The notes under the pieces were generated by a model. The model did not search any database. It was not told the origin of the DNA and saw nothing but the letters and a program-made list of their open reading frames with translations. This document shows, in pieces, positions 7,465-16,676 of a stretch of DNA of 29,571 nt. Position 1 is the first letter of the stretch; each line of letters begins with the position of its first letter. A program made the translations under genes and the position numbers. Origin of the DNA: an uncultured Gammaproteobacteria bacterium. Lineage in GTDB: Bacteria > Patescibacteriota > Microgenomatia > JAMCZE01. Location: the NCBI GenBank assembly GCA_964597255.1, contig CAZQWX010000063.1, forward strand, positions 1 to 29,571. Reading direction: 5' to 3'.

Positions 7465-10400
7465 TTAACTATTAAGTTGGCGAGTGTTAAATTCCAACCG
7501 CGCCCGTTCGGCGGAAGTGGGAATGAGTCTGCCGATTATGACATTTTCCTTGAGGCCAATCAAGTAATCCTCAGCGCCTTTGATGGCGGCGTCGGACAGA
7601 ACCTCAGTGGTACGCTCGAAAGAGGCAGCCGACAACCAAGATTCAGTGTAGAGCGCGGCACGGGTGACGCCCAAAATGGTGACCTGAGCGGTAGCCGGTT
7701 CGCCGCCAGCGGCAATGATGCGGGCATTTTCATCTTCAAACCGAGCCCGATCGACGAACTCGCCGGGAAGGAAGACGGTGTCGCCGGAGGTTTCGATGCG
7801 GACCTTGTCAGACATGCGGCGAACGATGACTTCAAAATGCTTATCGTTGATGGGAATACCCTGAGATTCATAAACTTCCTGGAGTTGGCTGATAAGATAG
7901 GTCTGGGCGCCAGACAAACCGCGAGCCCCCAGGACATCTTTGACATCCAAAAAGCCGGAAGACAGTTGGGATCCGGCGGCAACTAAATCACCATCGGCAA
8001 CCAGCAACTGCGAGGTCAGCGGCACGATGTATTCGCGTTCCTCGACGGGTTTGACACCATGGCTGCGAACACGAACTTTGAAGCCATCTGGGGTCTCAGC
8101 CACTTCAATCTTACCGGCAATTTCGGCAATTGGCGAAAGAATCTTAGGCGAGCGGGCTTCAAATAATTCCTCAACCCGCGGTAAACCTTGAGTCACGTCT
8201 TGAGAAACGGCACCACCACTATGCTTGGTCCGCAATGTTAGTTGAGTTCCTGGTTCACCAATCGACTGGGCGGCGATAATGCCTACTGGGGTACCCAATT
8301 CAACAAACTTGCGGGTGGCAAAATCCCGGCCGTAACACAGTTGGCACAGACCCCACTTGGCTTGGCAGGTCAAGGGTGACCGAACACATACGGTCGGCAC
8401 TTTTTCTTTCTCAATGTCAGCCAGAGCAGTTTCGTTAATCTCCGATCCAGCCTTGACCAGTATCTTTTTACCAACCTTGACATCTTTAGCGACAATGCGG
8501 CCCAAAATGCGCTGGGCAAAGCCGGTGCCACGTTTGTCGTCGCGAGAAATATCCAGACCATCGGTCGTACCACAATCGGTGAGTCGGATGATCGCATCAT
8601 GGGACACATCGACTAACCGGCGGGTCAGATAACCAGCATCGGCGGTCCGCAAAGCAGTATCGGCCAAGCCCTTCCGGGTGCCCCGAGTACCGGTGATGTA
8701 TTCAAAGACGTTAAAACCTTGACGGAAATTAGATTTAGTTGGCATCGGGACAATTTTTCCGGTAGGATCATTCATCAGGCCCCGCATGCCAGAAATCTGT
8801 TTGACGGTGTCACGATTCACCCGGCCAGCACCGGCATCAACGATTAACCGAGCGGGATTATTTTTGTCATACATGTTCCACGTCAGATCGGAAATCTTCT
8901 CGGTGACATCCATCCAGATATCGATGTTCAACCGATTCATTTCCTGCTCAGTAATCAGACCATTTTTATAATTTTCTTCGATTTCCGCAGCTTGGACTTC
9001 CCCATCAGCAATCAGTTTGTCTTTGTCAGGAGAAATGGCCAGGTCGAAAACGCCCAAACTGACACCGGGGTCAGTTGACCCGGCAAAACCAACTTCCTTG
9101 AGATTGTCCAAAATGGCAATCACGTCGTCAGCACTCATGATATCGATAGCCTGAGAGATCATTGATCGAACCTTTTTAGCGGTTAGGTCTTCATTGATAA
9201 AGCCCAAACTCTTGGGAATAAACTCGTTGGTTAAAATCCGACCGACAGTGGTGTCAATGATTTTACCTTCATACCGAGTTTTGACTCGTTGACGAAGACT
9301 AATCTTTTTTTGCTGCCAGGCCATAATCACTTCGGAGAAGTCAGAAAAAACAGTGTTAACAGCAGGCAAGCTCTCATCAATGGAGGTGTAGATATAAATA
9401 CCAAGGATGATTTCCTTACGTGGCGCGGAAACCGGCATACCATCAGCTGGCTTGAGTAGGTTGTGTTGGGCCATCATGAGGTCAAAAGCCTCGGCCTTAG
9501 CCTGAGCAGAGAGGGGAACATGAACGGCCATTTGGTCACCATCAAAGTCAGCATTATAGCCATCACACACCAAGGGATGAATTTGAATAGCCGACCCCTC
9601 AATTAAGGTTGGTAGGAAGGCTTGAATCCCCAGTTTGTGCAGGGTGGGTGCTCGGTTGAGCAGAACCGGATGATTCTTGGTGATTTCTTCAAGAATATCA
9701 AAGACTTCCGGAGTCCTCCGGTCAAGAACATACTTGGCAGACCGGACGTTGGGAGCCAAGCCACGGACAATCAATTCACGCAAGACAAACGGTTTAAACA
9801 TTTCCAGCGCCATTTCCTTGGGCAAACCACACTCGGTCAACTTGAGATGGGGTCCGACGACAATCACGGACCGGCCGGAATAATCGACCCTTTTTCCCAG
9901 AAGGTTCTGGCGGAACCGACCTTGCTTACCACGCAGCATGTCAGACAAGCTCTTGAGTTCGACAACTGCCGCTCGACCACTGGTGCGCTGAGTGGCATCA
10001 ATCAAGGAATCAACGGCTTCTTGAAGCATGCGTTTCTCATTGCGCAAAATGATTTCCGGAGCGCCCAGATCAATCAGGTGCTTAAGACGATTGTTGCGGT
10101 TGATGACCCGACGATAGAGATCATTAAGATCGGACGTGGCAAAGCGGCCACCGGAGAGTTGAACCATGGGCCGTAGATCGGGCGGGATGACCGGCAAGAT
10201 AGTCACAATCATCCACTCGGGGCGGACACCGGCCCGAACCATGCCGTCAATCACCCGAAGGCGCTTGGTTGCTTTGACTTTTTTGGGACCGGTCGAGTCA
10301 GCCACTTCCTGACGCAATTCCGAGGCCATCTTAGGTAGATCGAGCTTAGATAGGGCTTCCTGAATGGCTTCGGCGCCCATACCCAAATCCAAAAAGTCAG

Positions 10401-11190
10401 AGGCGTCGTATTCGATTAATTTAATGTATTCATCCTCGGTCAGCTCGGTCATTGGCTTGACGCTTTTAATTAGATCGGTCAGGGCTTTGTAAATTTCGGT
10501 TAAGCGATTCTTCTCCAAGGCAAAATCCGCCTCCAATTTGGCCACTTTCTGCTTAGATGTGACCTCAATTTCGGCCAGGACCATGCCAAGTTGATCTTTG
10601 TCCTTAATCCGGTCCTTCTGCTCTTCTTTCTTGGTTTTCTCTTCAGCTTTAGCTTCTTCAATCTTCTGTTTGTAATCTTTGTCCAACATTTCCTGGCGGT
10701 CCTTCATGGTTTTATCCAGTTGGCCCATGACCTTGTCACGCTTACTGTCATCGACCGACAGAACCAAGTGTGAAGCAAAATAGATGACGTTCTCCAGAGA
10801 TTTGGGTGACAGATCCAAAATTAGAGACAGCTTGGAAGGGGCGCCCTTGAAATACCAGACATGGACGATGGGGACAGCCAGAGTAATGTGACCCATGCGT
10901 TCGCGCCGGACCTTGGATTGGGTAACTTCGACACCACACTTATCGCAGATAATGCCCCGATAGCGAATCCGCTTGTATTTGCCACAATAACACTCCCAGT
11001 CCTTGGTGGGACCAAAAATGGCTTCCGAGAACAGACCATCCTTTTCCGGCTTGAGGGTGCGGTAGTTGATTGTTTCCGGTTTGGTAACTTCACCATGCGA
11101 CCAGGACAGAATTTCATCTGGCGAGGCCAGGGTAATCTTCAAACCCTTGAAATCGATAATATTGCCGATATTGTCTTGTGGTTTAATCAT
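7465..11190 (-). CDS. rpoC: DNA-directed RNA polymerase beta' subunit
   Basis: CYCGKY zinc ribbon, [24 protein letters not shown] catalytic motif and [11 protein letters not shown]. Confidence 0.99.
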   Translation of the reverse strand: MIKPQDNIGNIIDFKGLKITLASPDEILSWSHGEVTKPETINYRTLKPEKDGLFSEAIFGPTKDWECYCGKYKRIRYRGIICDKCGVEVTQSKVRRERMGHITLAVPIVHVWYFKGAPSKLSLILDLSPKSLENVIYFASHLVLSVDDSKRDKVMGQLDKTMKDRQEMLDKDYKQKIEEAKAEEKTKKEEQKDRIKDKDQLGMVLAEIEVTSKQKVAKLEADFALEKNRLTEIYKALTDLIKSVKPMTELTEDEYIKLIEYDASDFLDLGMGAEAIQEALSKLDLPKMASELRQEVADSTGPKKVKATKRLRVIDGMVRAGVRPEWMIVTILPVIPPDLRPMVQLSGGRFATSDLNDLYRRVINRNNRLKHLIDLGAPEIILRNEKRMLQEAVDSLIDATQRTSGRAAVVELKSLSDMLRGKQGRFRQNLLGKRVDYSGRSVIVVGPHLKLTECGLPKEMALEMFKPFVLRELIVRGLAPNVRSAKYVLDRRTPEVFDILEEITKNHPVLLNRAPTLHKLGIQAFLPTLIEGSAIQIHPLVCDGYNADFDGDQMAVHVPLSAQAKAEAFDLMMAQHNLLKPADGMPVSAPRKEIILGIYIYTSIDESLPAVNTVFSDFSEVIMAWQQKKISLRQRVKTRYEGKIIDTTVGRILTNEFIPKSLGFINEDLTAKKVRSMISQAIDIMSADDVIAILDNLKEVGFAGSTDPGVSLGVFDLAISPDKDKLIADGEVQAAEIEENYKNGLITEQEMNRLNIDIWMDVTEKISDLTWNMYDKNNPARLIVDAGAGRVNRDTVKQISGMRGLMNDPTGKIVPMPTKSNFRQGFNVFEYITGTRGTRKGLADTALRTADAGYLTRRLVDVSHDAIIRLTDCGTTDGLDISRDDKRGTGFAQRILGRIVAKDVKVGKKILVKAGSEINETALADIEKEKVPTVCVRSPLTCQAKWGLCQLCYGRDFATRKFVELGTPVGIIAAQSIGEPGTQLTLRTKHSGGAVSQDVTQGLPRVEELFEARSPKILSPIAEIAGKIEVAETPDGFKVRVRSHGVKPVEEREYIVPLTSQLLVADGDLVAAGSQLSSGFLDVKDVLGARGLSGAQTYLISQLQEVYESQGIPINDKHFEVIVRRMSDKVRIETSGDTVFLPGEFVDRARFEDENARIIAAGGEPATAQVTILGVTRAALYTESWLSAASFERTTEVLSDAAIKGAEDYLIGLKENVIIGRLIPTSAERARLEFNTRQLNS

Positions 11191-11192
11191 GG

Positions 11193-14100
11193 TTAGCCTT
11201 TAGTATCTTCTTGGACTTCGTCAACCGATTTGACTTCTTCCACGTTTTCTCCGGCAGCAGCTGCTTCATGGGCACTGGTATTGGTGACGTCAACCTTGGC
11301 TTCCAAAACGGTTTCTAAATCAGCGACCTCTTTCTCTACTTTTTCCTCTTTCTTCAGATCGTCGGTGGTGGAAGCGGTAGTGGTCCCGGTGGCGGTAGTA
11401 TCGCCAGTAGTAGCTACGGGTGCGGTCACCACTCCGGTCGGGGTAATGGACAACGACAAGCTTTGCAGTTCTTTAACCAAGACTTTGAATGATTCGGGAA
11501 CAGTCGATTGGGGAATTTCTGTACCTTTGACAATGGCTTCAAAGGCCTTGGCCCGACCAACGACGTCGTCGGACTTAATAGTCAACATTTCCTGCAGGGT
11601 ATAAGCTGCCCGGTGCGCTTCCAAGGCCCAAACTTCCATTTCACCAAGCCGCTGGCCACCCATCTGAGCTTTGCCACCCAATGGTTGCTGAGTCACCAGA
11701 GAGTACGGTCCGGTCGAACGGGCATGGGTCTTGTCCTCGACCATGTGGTGCAATTTAAGAATATATTCGGTACCGACGACAATGCGGCTGCCCAGCGGTT
11801 CACCGGTGCGGCCATCAATGACCACCGCTTTACCATCAGCGGGAAGTCCGGCTCGTTTGAGAGCATCAACAATCCACTCTTCAGGAACACGTTCAAAAAC
11901 GGGGACAGCTACTCGTTGATTAAGCTTAGACAAGGCTCGACCCAAATGGGTTTCCAACAGCTGACCCAAGTTCATCCGGCCCAAAACTGACAACGGGGAA
12001 ATGATGATGTCAATTGGTGTACCGTCTTCCAAATGGGGCATGTCGGCCATGGTAACAATGCGGCTAATGACACCCTTATTGCCATGGCGGCCTTTAACCT
12101 TATCCCCAACAGAAATCTTCCTTATCTGGGCGACATGAATCTTGATTAATTTATTAGTTCCCGGTGACAGCTCATCGCCTTGCTCTTTATCCAAAATAGT
12201 AATGCCGATGACTGTGCCGCGCTCACCATGGGGCATGCGCAGGGAGGTGTCACGGACTTCGCGGGCCTTTTCGCCAAAGATGGCGCGAAGGAGCCTTTCC
12301 TCCGCGGAGAGCTCGGTTTCGCCCTTGGGAGCGATTTTACCAACTAAAATATCGTTGGGACCGACATCGGCACCGATCACGACAATACCGTTTTCATCCA
12401 AATTGGCCAAATCACCTTCACCGACGTTGGGAATGTCCCGGGTCAGCTCTTCCGGACCCAGTTTGGTGTCGACCACTTCACACTCGTATTCTTCAATATG
12501 GACGCTAGTTAAAAGGTCCTCTTTGACCAGGCGGTCAGAGATAATAATGGCATCTTCATAGCCAAAACCTTCATAGTGCATGTAAGCAATGGTGAGGTTG
12601 GTTCCCAAAGCGAGTTCGCCATGATCAGAAGCTGGACCGTCAATTAAGATGTCACCGACTTTAATCTGATCACCGACGTTGACCAAGGGATTTTGGGAAT
12701 AACACGTGCCGTTGGGGTTGGTGCGTTGGAACTTCGAGACAAAATAGGTTTCCAGATCGCCGGCGCGCTTGATCTTGGGATCTTGGATTGCATCATCCTT
12801 GTCTTTGGCACCTTTGATCTTAAGAACCACTTTGCTGCCGTCAACGAACACCACTTCGCCATCATGCCGGGCTTTGACCACCCAACCCATGGCAGCGGCA
12901 ACATCAGACTCGATACCGGTGGCAATAACCGGAGCCTGGGACTTGACCAGGGGAACAGCTTGAGCCTGCATGTTGCAACCCATCAACGCCCGAATCCCGT
13001 CATCGTGCTGGAGGAAGGGAATCAGAGCCGCAGCGGTACCGACCACTTGTCGAGGGACGACATCGATATAGTCAATTTCAGAAGTTTCAACTTCGACAAA
13101 CTCGCCGCGCAGCCGCACTGGCACCCGCTTATCAGTAAGATAGCCATTGGCATCAATGTTGACTCCGGCATGGGTAATCTTGAAATCGCGTTCGTCATCA
13201 GAAGCGAGATAGATCAAATCACTTGTGATCTTGACGCCCTTGGCATCTTTGACGACTTTGCGATATGGGGCTAACAGAAAGCCATACTCATCGACCCGAG
13301 CGTAAAGACTCATGAACGTCACCAAACCGATGTTCGGCCCTTCCGGTGAACGAATTGGGCAAATCCGGCTGTACTGGCTGGCATTAATATCCCGGATGGA
13401 GAAACTGGCCCGGTCGCGGGAAATACCGCCAATACCCATGACAGTAATCTTGCGCAGGGTGTCAACTTCGGACAGCGGGTTGGTTTGGTCCAAAATCGAA
13501 GACAACTGTGAAGTTCGAAAGAACTCATTAATGGCAGAAATGATCGGTCGGGCGTTAATCACCTGATTGGGCATGGCCCGAACCTTGGGGTCCAGCAAAC
13601 TCATGCGTTCCTTGATGGTGCGCTCCAAGCGCAGAATGCCATCGCGGAAGGCAACATTACCAACCAACTCACCCACCCGACGCAGCCGGCGATTAGCCAG
13701 ATTATCAATGTCGTCAATATAGGCTTTGGTATCGCCTTTCTGAAGGCGGATCAGGTATTTAATGACCGCGACAATGTCTTCGCGGCTGAGAACGTGATTG
13801 TCGGGAGTGTTTGACAGGGTTAGACCCAAGCGCTTGTTAATCTTGTAGCGGCCAACTCGGCCCAAGTTGTAGCGGCGCAGGGTGAAGAAAAGGCTGTTGA
13901 TATAATCCAGGGCAGTTTCCAAAACCACCGGTTCACCCGGACGCATCTTTTTGTAAATTTCCAAGGCCCCTTCAGCAGATCCATGGGTGGCATCCTTTTT
14001 AATCGTCGCATCCAGGAAAGAATCGACGCCTTCTCCGCCAGCTGGCGGATCAACCTCGGCAAAAAGTTTCCTGATTTCTTCATCAGAACCAATGCCAAGA

Positions 14101-14714
14101 GCCCGGAGGAAAGTGGTTACCGGAAACTTCCGGCGCCGGTCAATCCGGACCGAGAGGACATTATTGCGGGATACATTAAACTCCAGCCAACTACCGCGCA
14201 GCGGCCGAATCTCGGCAGAATACAGAATCCGGCCGGTAATGGGATCAACATCGCCCAGGAAATAGGCGCCGGCGGAACGAACCAACTGGTTAATGACCGC
14301 CCGCTCGATACCATTAATAACAAATGTTCCCGATGGGGTCATGACTGGAACTTCACCAAAAAAGACTTCCTGAGAGGTCACTTCCGAGGTTTGCTTGTTG
14401 AGAAGCTTTGCTTCAATCCGAATCGGCATGTCATAGGTGATGCCCTTGCGGCCGGCCTCGGCAGCAGTGTATTTGGGCTTACTGAAAGAATATTTACCCA
14501 ACGTCAGTTCCCAGTTCTTGCCAGTGAAATCGGTGACCGGGTTGATTTCAGCAATCAATTCACCAATGCCTTCGTCAAGAAATTTTTGGTAGGATTCGGA
14601 TTGAATGGACGTGAAGTCAAGAGTGGGGAGATCGTGGTACTGCTTACCCCAATAGAGCGGGGGCTCTTGAGGGATGGCGGTAACCTTATGATTGGTTGTT
14701 TTAAGCTTGGCCAT
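11193..14714 (-). CDS. rpoB: DNA-directed RNA polymerase beta subunit
   Basis: PEGPNIGL, GRHGNKG and GGQRLGEMEVWAL motifs; probable start is the ATG at 14714 (MAKLK), as the longer ORF overlaps a structured UTR. Confidence 0.98.
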   Translation of the reverse strand: MAKLKTTNHKVTAIPQEPPLYWGKQYHDLPTLDFTSIQSESYQKFLDEGIGELIAEINPVTDFTGKNWELTLGKYSFSKPKYTAAEAGRKGITYDMPIRIEAKLLNKQTSEVTSQEVFFGEVPVMTPSGTFVINGIERAVINQLVRSAGAYFLGDVDPITGRILYSAEIRPLRGSWLEFNVSRNNVLSVRIDRRRKFPVTTFLRALGIGSDEEIRKLFAEVDPPAGGEGVDSFLDATIKKDATHGSAEGALEIYKKMRPGEPVVLETALDYINSLFFTLRRYNLGRVGRYKINKRLGLTLSNTPDNHVLSREDIVAVIKYLIRLQKGDTKAYIDDIDNLANRRLRRVGELVGNVAFRDGILRLERTIKERMSLLDPKVRAMPNQVINARPIISAINEFFRTSQLSSILDQTNPLSEVDTLRKITVMGIGGISRDRASFSIRDINASQYSRICPIRSPEGPNIGLVTFMSLYARVDEYGFLLAPYRKVVKDAKGVKITSDLIYLASDDERDFKITHAGVNIDANGYLTDKRVPVRLRGEFVEVETSEIDYIDVVPRQVVGTAAALIPFLQHDDGIRALMGCNMQAQAVPLVKSQAPVIATGIESDVAAAMGWVVKARHDGEVVFVDGSKVVLKIKGAKDKDDAIQDPKIKRAGDLETYFVSKFQRTNPNGTCYSQNPLVNVGDQIKVGDILIDGPASDHGELALGTNLTIAYMHYEGFGYEDAIIISDRLVKEDLLTSVHIEEYECEVVDTKLGPEELTRDIPNVGEGDLANLDENGIVVIGADVGPNDILVGKIAPKGETELSAEERLLRAIFGEKAREVRDTSLRMPHGERGTVIGITILDKEQGDELSPGTNKLIKIHVAQIRKISVGDKVKGRHGNKGVISRIVTMADMPHLEDGTPIDIIISPLSVLGRMNLGQLLETHLGRALSKLNQRVAVPVFERVPEEWIVDALKRAGLPADGKAVVIDGRTGEPLGSRIVVGTEYILKLHHMVEDKTHARSTGPYSLVTQQPLGGKAQMGGQRLGEMEVWALEAHRAAYTLQEMLTIKSDDVVGRAKAFEAIVKGTEIPQSTVPESFKVLVKELQSLSLSITPTGVVTAPVATTGDTTATGTTTASTTDDLKKEEKVEKEVADLETVLEAKVDVTNTSAHEAAAAGENVEEVKSVDEVQEDTKG
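14033..14050. repeat. Palindromic element CTCCGCCAGCTGGCGGAT in-frame inside rpoB (encodes DPPAGGE)
   Basis: Perfect 16-bp palindrome TCCGCCAGCTGGCGGA; near-identical copy at 709-726. Confidence 0.65.
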
Positions 14715-14823
14715 CTGCTGTTCGGTTTGGGCAGCCCGAATTACGAAAACAGGTCGTCTCCACGACGACAAAGACGAGCGAACCAACAATATGTTCGCCC
14801 AAAAAGCTATTCAACTGAGAGTT

Positions 14824-14851
14824 AGTTTACCAGAAAATTACCAAGAGTCAA
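14824..14851 (-). promoter_or_regulatory. Putative rpoBC promoter
   Basis: TTGACT-16 bp-TAAACT with an extended TG. Confidence 0.5.
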
Positions 14852-14861
14852 GAGAGGAAAT
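14845..14861. repeat. 17-bp direct repeat, copy 1 (GAGTCAAGAGAGGAAAT)
   Basis: Exact match to 17475-17491; extends to 20 of 21 nt with the CCA flank. Confidence 0.85.
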
Positions 14862-15241
14862 TACTGATCATCTTTACTACCTAATTTGCTCCTCGGCCAC
14901 CTATGCCAATCGCAAACTATGTCCCAAACTTCTTGCCAGTCGCGATATTTTCGTTTCTCCCACATCTCATAATCAGCAGCGAAGTTCAGCCGATCGTGGT
15001 GTTCTGGCCGACGTAACTGATCACCTAATATAACCTTATATTCTTTTCCCTCGTGAACTATGCAAGCCCCAGCTTTTCCGCTGCTAGCATCAACAACTGA
15101 TCGGGAAAATGGATCAGTTATCTCCCCAAGGGTTCGCTGGGTCCAAACTCCTTCAATAGAATGCCAGAAATCAAGAAAATAGGTGTTATGTGTATGAGCA
15201 AAAAGTCTACCAGCTCTTTCGTAAACCCCGGGTTCAGACAT
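14861..15241 (-). CDS. Hypothetical protein (126 aa), third gene of the His-swivel operon
   Basis: AGGAGG 7 nt before the ATG at 15241; the start overlaps the upstream gene stop (ATGTCTGA); no family recognised. Confidence 0.7.
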   Translation of the reverse strand: MSEPGVYERAGRLFAHTHNTYFLDFWHSIEGVWTQRTLGEITDPFSRSVVDASSGKAGACIVHEGKEYKVILGDQLRRPEHHDRLNFAADYEMWEKRKYRDWQEVWDIVCDWHRWPRSKLGSKDDQ

Positions 15242-16322
15242 TCGATTCCTCCTTTTGATTGTTTTGCTGCCCTGGAACATAATTACTCCGGGGATCAAAA
15301 GCCTGCTTCAACTCATTCCAGCCAAGTTCATCAGCAGCATCAAGCCTAATTTCCTTCCAGGTGTTAATTATGTCTAAAATTAGCTTCGGTGGTCGCCAAT
15401 CCTGACCGAAAGCTGCCCGCCATTTTCGGAAGGCATAATACCGACTTTCCACGAACTTCCAGGTGACCTGCCTATGGGTCATGGAGTTTAACAGCTCATG
15501 TTGCCTAGCAACCTGATGCAAGATTTTTCCACATACTCCACCAGCCATTTTTGTGCTGATAATTTCTTTTCCCCCAACCTCGAGATAGACTGCACTCGCA
15601 GCTTCTGTCAAAGCTCCCCTAACTGACGGGTGATCAAAAATATCGATGTTTATTGCGGACATTGGCTTATAGAGGACCAGTAGTTTCGCGTTGGGATAAT
15701 CAAACTCTTTTGTCTCCGGCCAAAGTTCTACTGGCCGGATATTAAAAAAATCACTAACCACCAGCAGGGCCTTTGTCCCATCTGCCAAGGTCACGGGATA
15801 TGGCCCATGGTGCTGATAGCCCACATCATCCCAACCATAAAAATATAAACTCCAAATGAGTGCCTTAATGCTGGCCGAGACTTTAAAGCACGACCGAATC
15901 AGAGCGGGGTCATGTGTCCAGTGAGTTGCCTGACAAACCTTCTGGGCTTGATCTTGCTGCCAAATGCGATTAGTACCGTCCAGACAAAAAATGTCTCCAG
16001 ATTGTACCTCTTCCAAAGCGTCGAATATTTTCTCCACAAACCATACACGTTGAGTGGCAGAGATAGCTGGTTTGGCCACCTTCAACCCAACAATTAGGTC
16101 CATCAGCGACCCTTTGGTCGCTCCGCACGAGACAAACAGATCCGACAGTTTGATCTTGGATCCTGGCCTGGTTATCACCTGCATTTTTTGATACAAATCA
16201 GCTGCTTCCAGGTCTGAAAAGTATGGGGCTACCTCACTAATCGGCATGGGCCACGGCGCAATCTGGCCAGTGTGGACAAATGCCAACTCTAAAGCTGAGA
16301 GCCATTGATCAATCCGCTTCAT
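15234..16322 (-). CDS. Uncharacterised ~362-aa protein coupled to a PEP-utilising mobile domain
   Basis: Long ORF; ATG at 16322 after AAAGGAGAGG, overlapping the end of the swivel gene by 14 nt. Motif-like stretches YFYGWDDVGYQHHGPY, DIFDHP and WRPP; no family recognised. Confidence 0.85.
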   Translation of the reverse strand: MKRIDQWLSALELAFVHTGQIAPWPMPISEVAPYFSDLEAADLYQKMQVITRPGSKIKLSDLFVSCGATKGSLMDLIVGLKVAKPAISATQRVWFVEKIFDALEEVQSGDIFCLDGTNRIWQQDQAQKVCQATHWTHDPALIRSCFKVSASIKALIWSLYFYGWDDVGYQHHGPYPVTLADGTKALLVVSDFFNIRPVELWPETKEFDYPNAKLLVLYKPMSAINIDIFDHPSVRGALTEAASAVYLEVGGKEIISTKMAGGVCGKILHQVARQHELLNSMTHRQVTWKFVESRYYAFRKWRAAFGQDWRPPKLILDIINTWKEIRLDAADELGWNELKQAFDPRSNYVPGQQNNQKEESNV

Positions 16323-16638
16323 ACACCTCTCCTTTCTGACCGTCAATCATAATCTTCATACCCGTGGCAATCACCACCGTTGCCTTTTTTGTAGCTACCA
16401 CACAAGGAATCCCCAGCTCCCGGGCCACGATTGCCGGATGGGAGTTCACTCCCCCAAGGTCAGTCACAATTCCAGCAGCATGCTGAATGATGCCGACAAA
16501 CATGGTTGTGTCAGTAATTCTGGTAACCAGGATGTCACCATGCTTCAGGGACTGCGCTTTGTGGGAAAACATAATCACCCTGGCCATACCAGTGGCTTTT
16601 CCGGCTCCAGCCGGCCAACCTTTGACAAGTAGCTTCAT
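16309..16638 (-). CDS. Stand-alone PEP-utilising enzyme mobile (phospho-His swivel) domain
   Basis: GDILVT...AAGIVTDLGGVNSHPAIVARELGIPCVV matches the PPDK/PEPS/EI/Rph phospho-His signature (His67); only 109 aa. Confidence 0.92.
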   Translation of the reverse strand: MKLLVKGWPAGAGKATGMARVIMFSHKAQSLKHGDILVTRITDTTMFVGIIQHAAGIVTDLGGVNSHPAIVARELGIPCVVATKKATVVIATGMKIMIDGQKGEVYEAD

Positions 16639-16676
16639 GGGTGCTATGATAAACTACGACGTAACGTATGAGTCAA
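16622..16676. promoter_or_regulatory. Overlapping divergent promoters with a MerR-type operator
   Basis: Minus strand: TTGACT (16676-71)-19 bp-TATCAT (16651-46), with the dyad ACT-N3-ACGT-N-ACGT-N3-AGT at 16653-16673. Plus strand: TTGACA (16622-27)-17 bp-TATGAT (16645-50). Confidence 0.85.

Noticed and set aside
10300-10760. Long charged coiled-coil insertion in RpoC and acidic low-complexity RpoB tail
   Set aside because: Lineage-specific beta' insertions at this site and disordered tails are known; there is no sign of an intein (no Cys/Ser start with His-Asn end, no LAGLIDADG).
14715-14789. N-terminal extension of RpoB given by the ORF track
   Set aside because: The region is a hairpin-rich UTR downstream of a promoter; MAKLK at 14714 is the more plausible start.
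79-14825. Numerous plus-strand and alternate-frame ORFs (e.g. 3506-4240, 9622-10176, 13983-14825)
   Set aside because: They are antisense or frame shadows of conserved rpo/rps/fus/tuf genes, with no recognisable motifs.
15234-16638. Calling the swivel operon a rifampin phosphotransferase (rph)
   Set aside because: Only the His domain matches; no ATP-grasp or recognisable Rph middle domain is present, and RpoB already looks rifamycin-insensitive.
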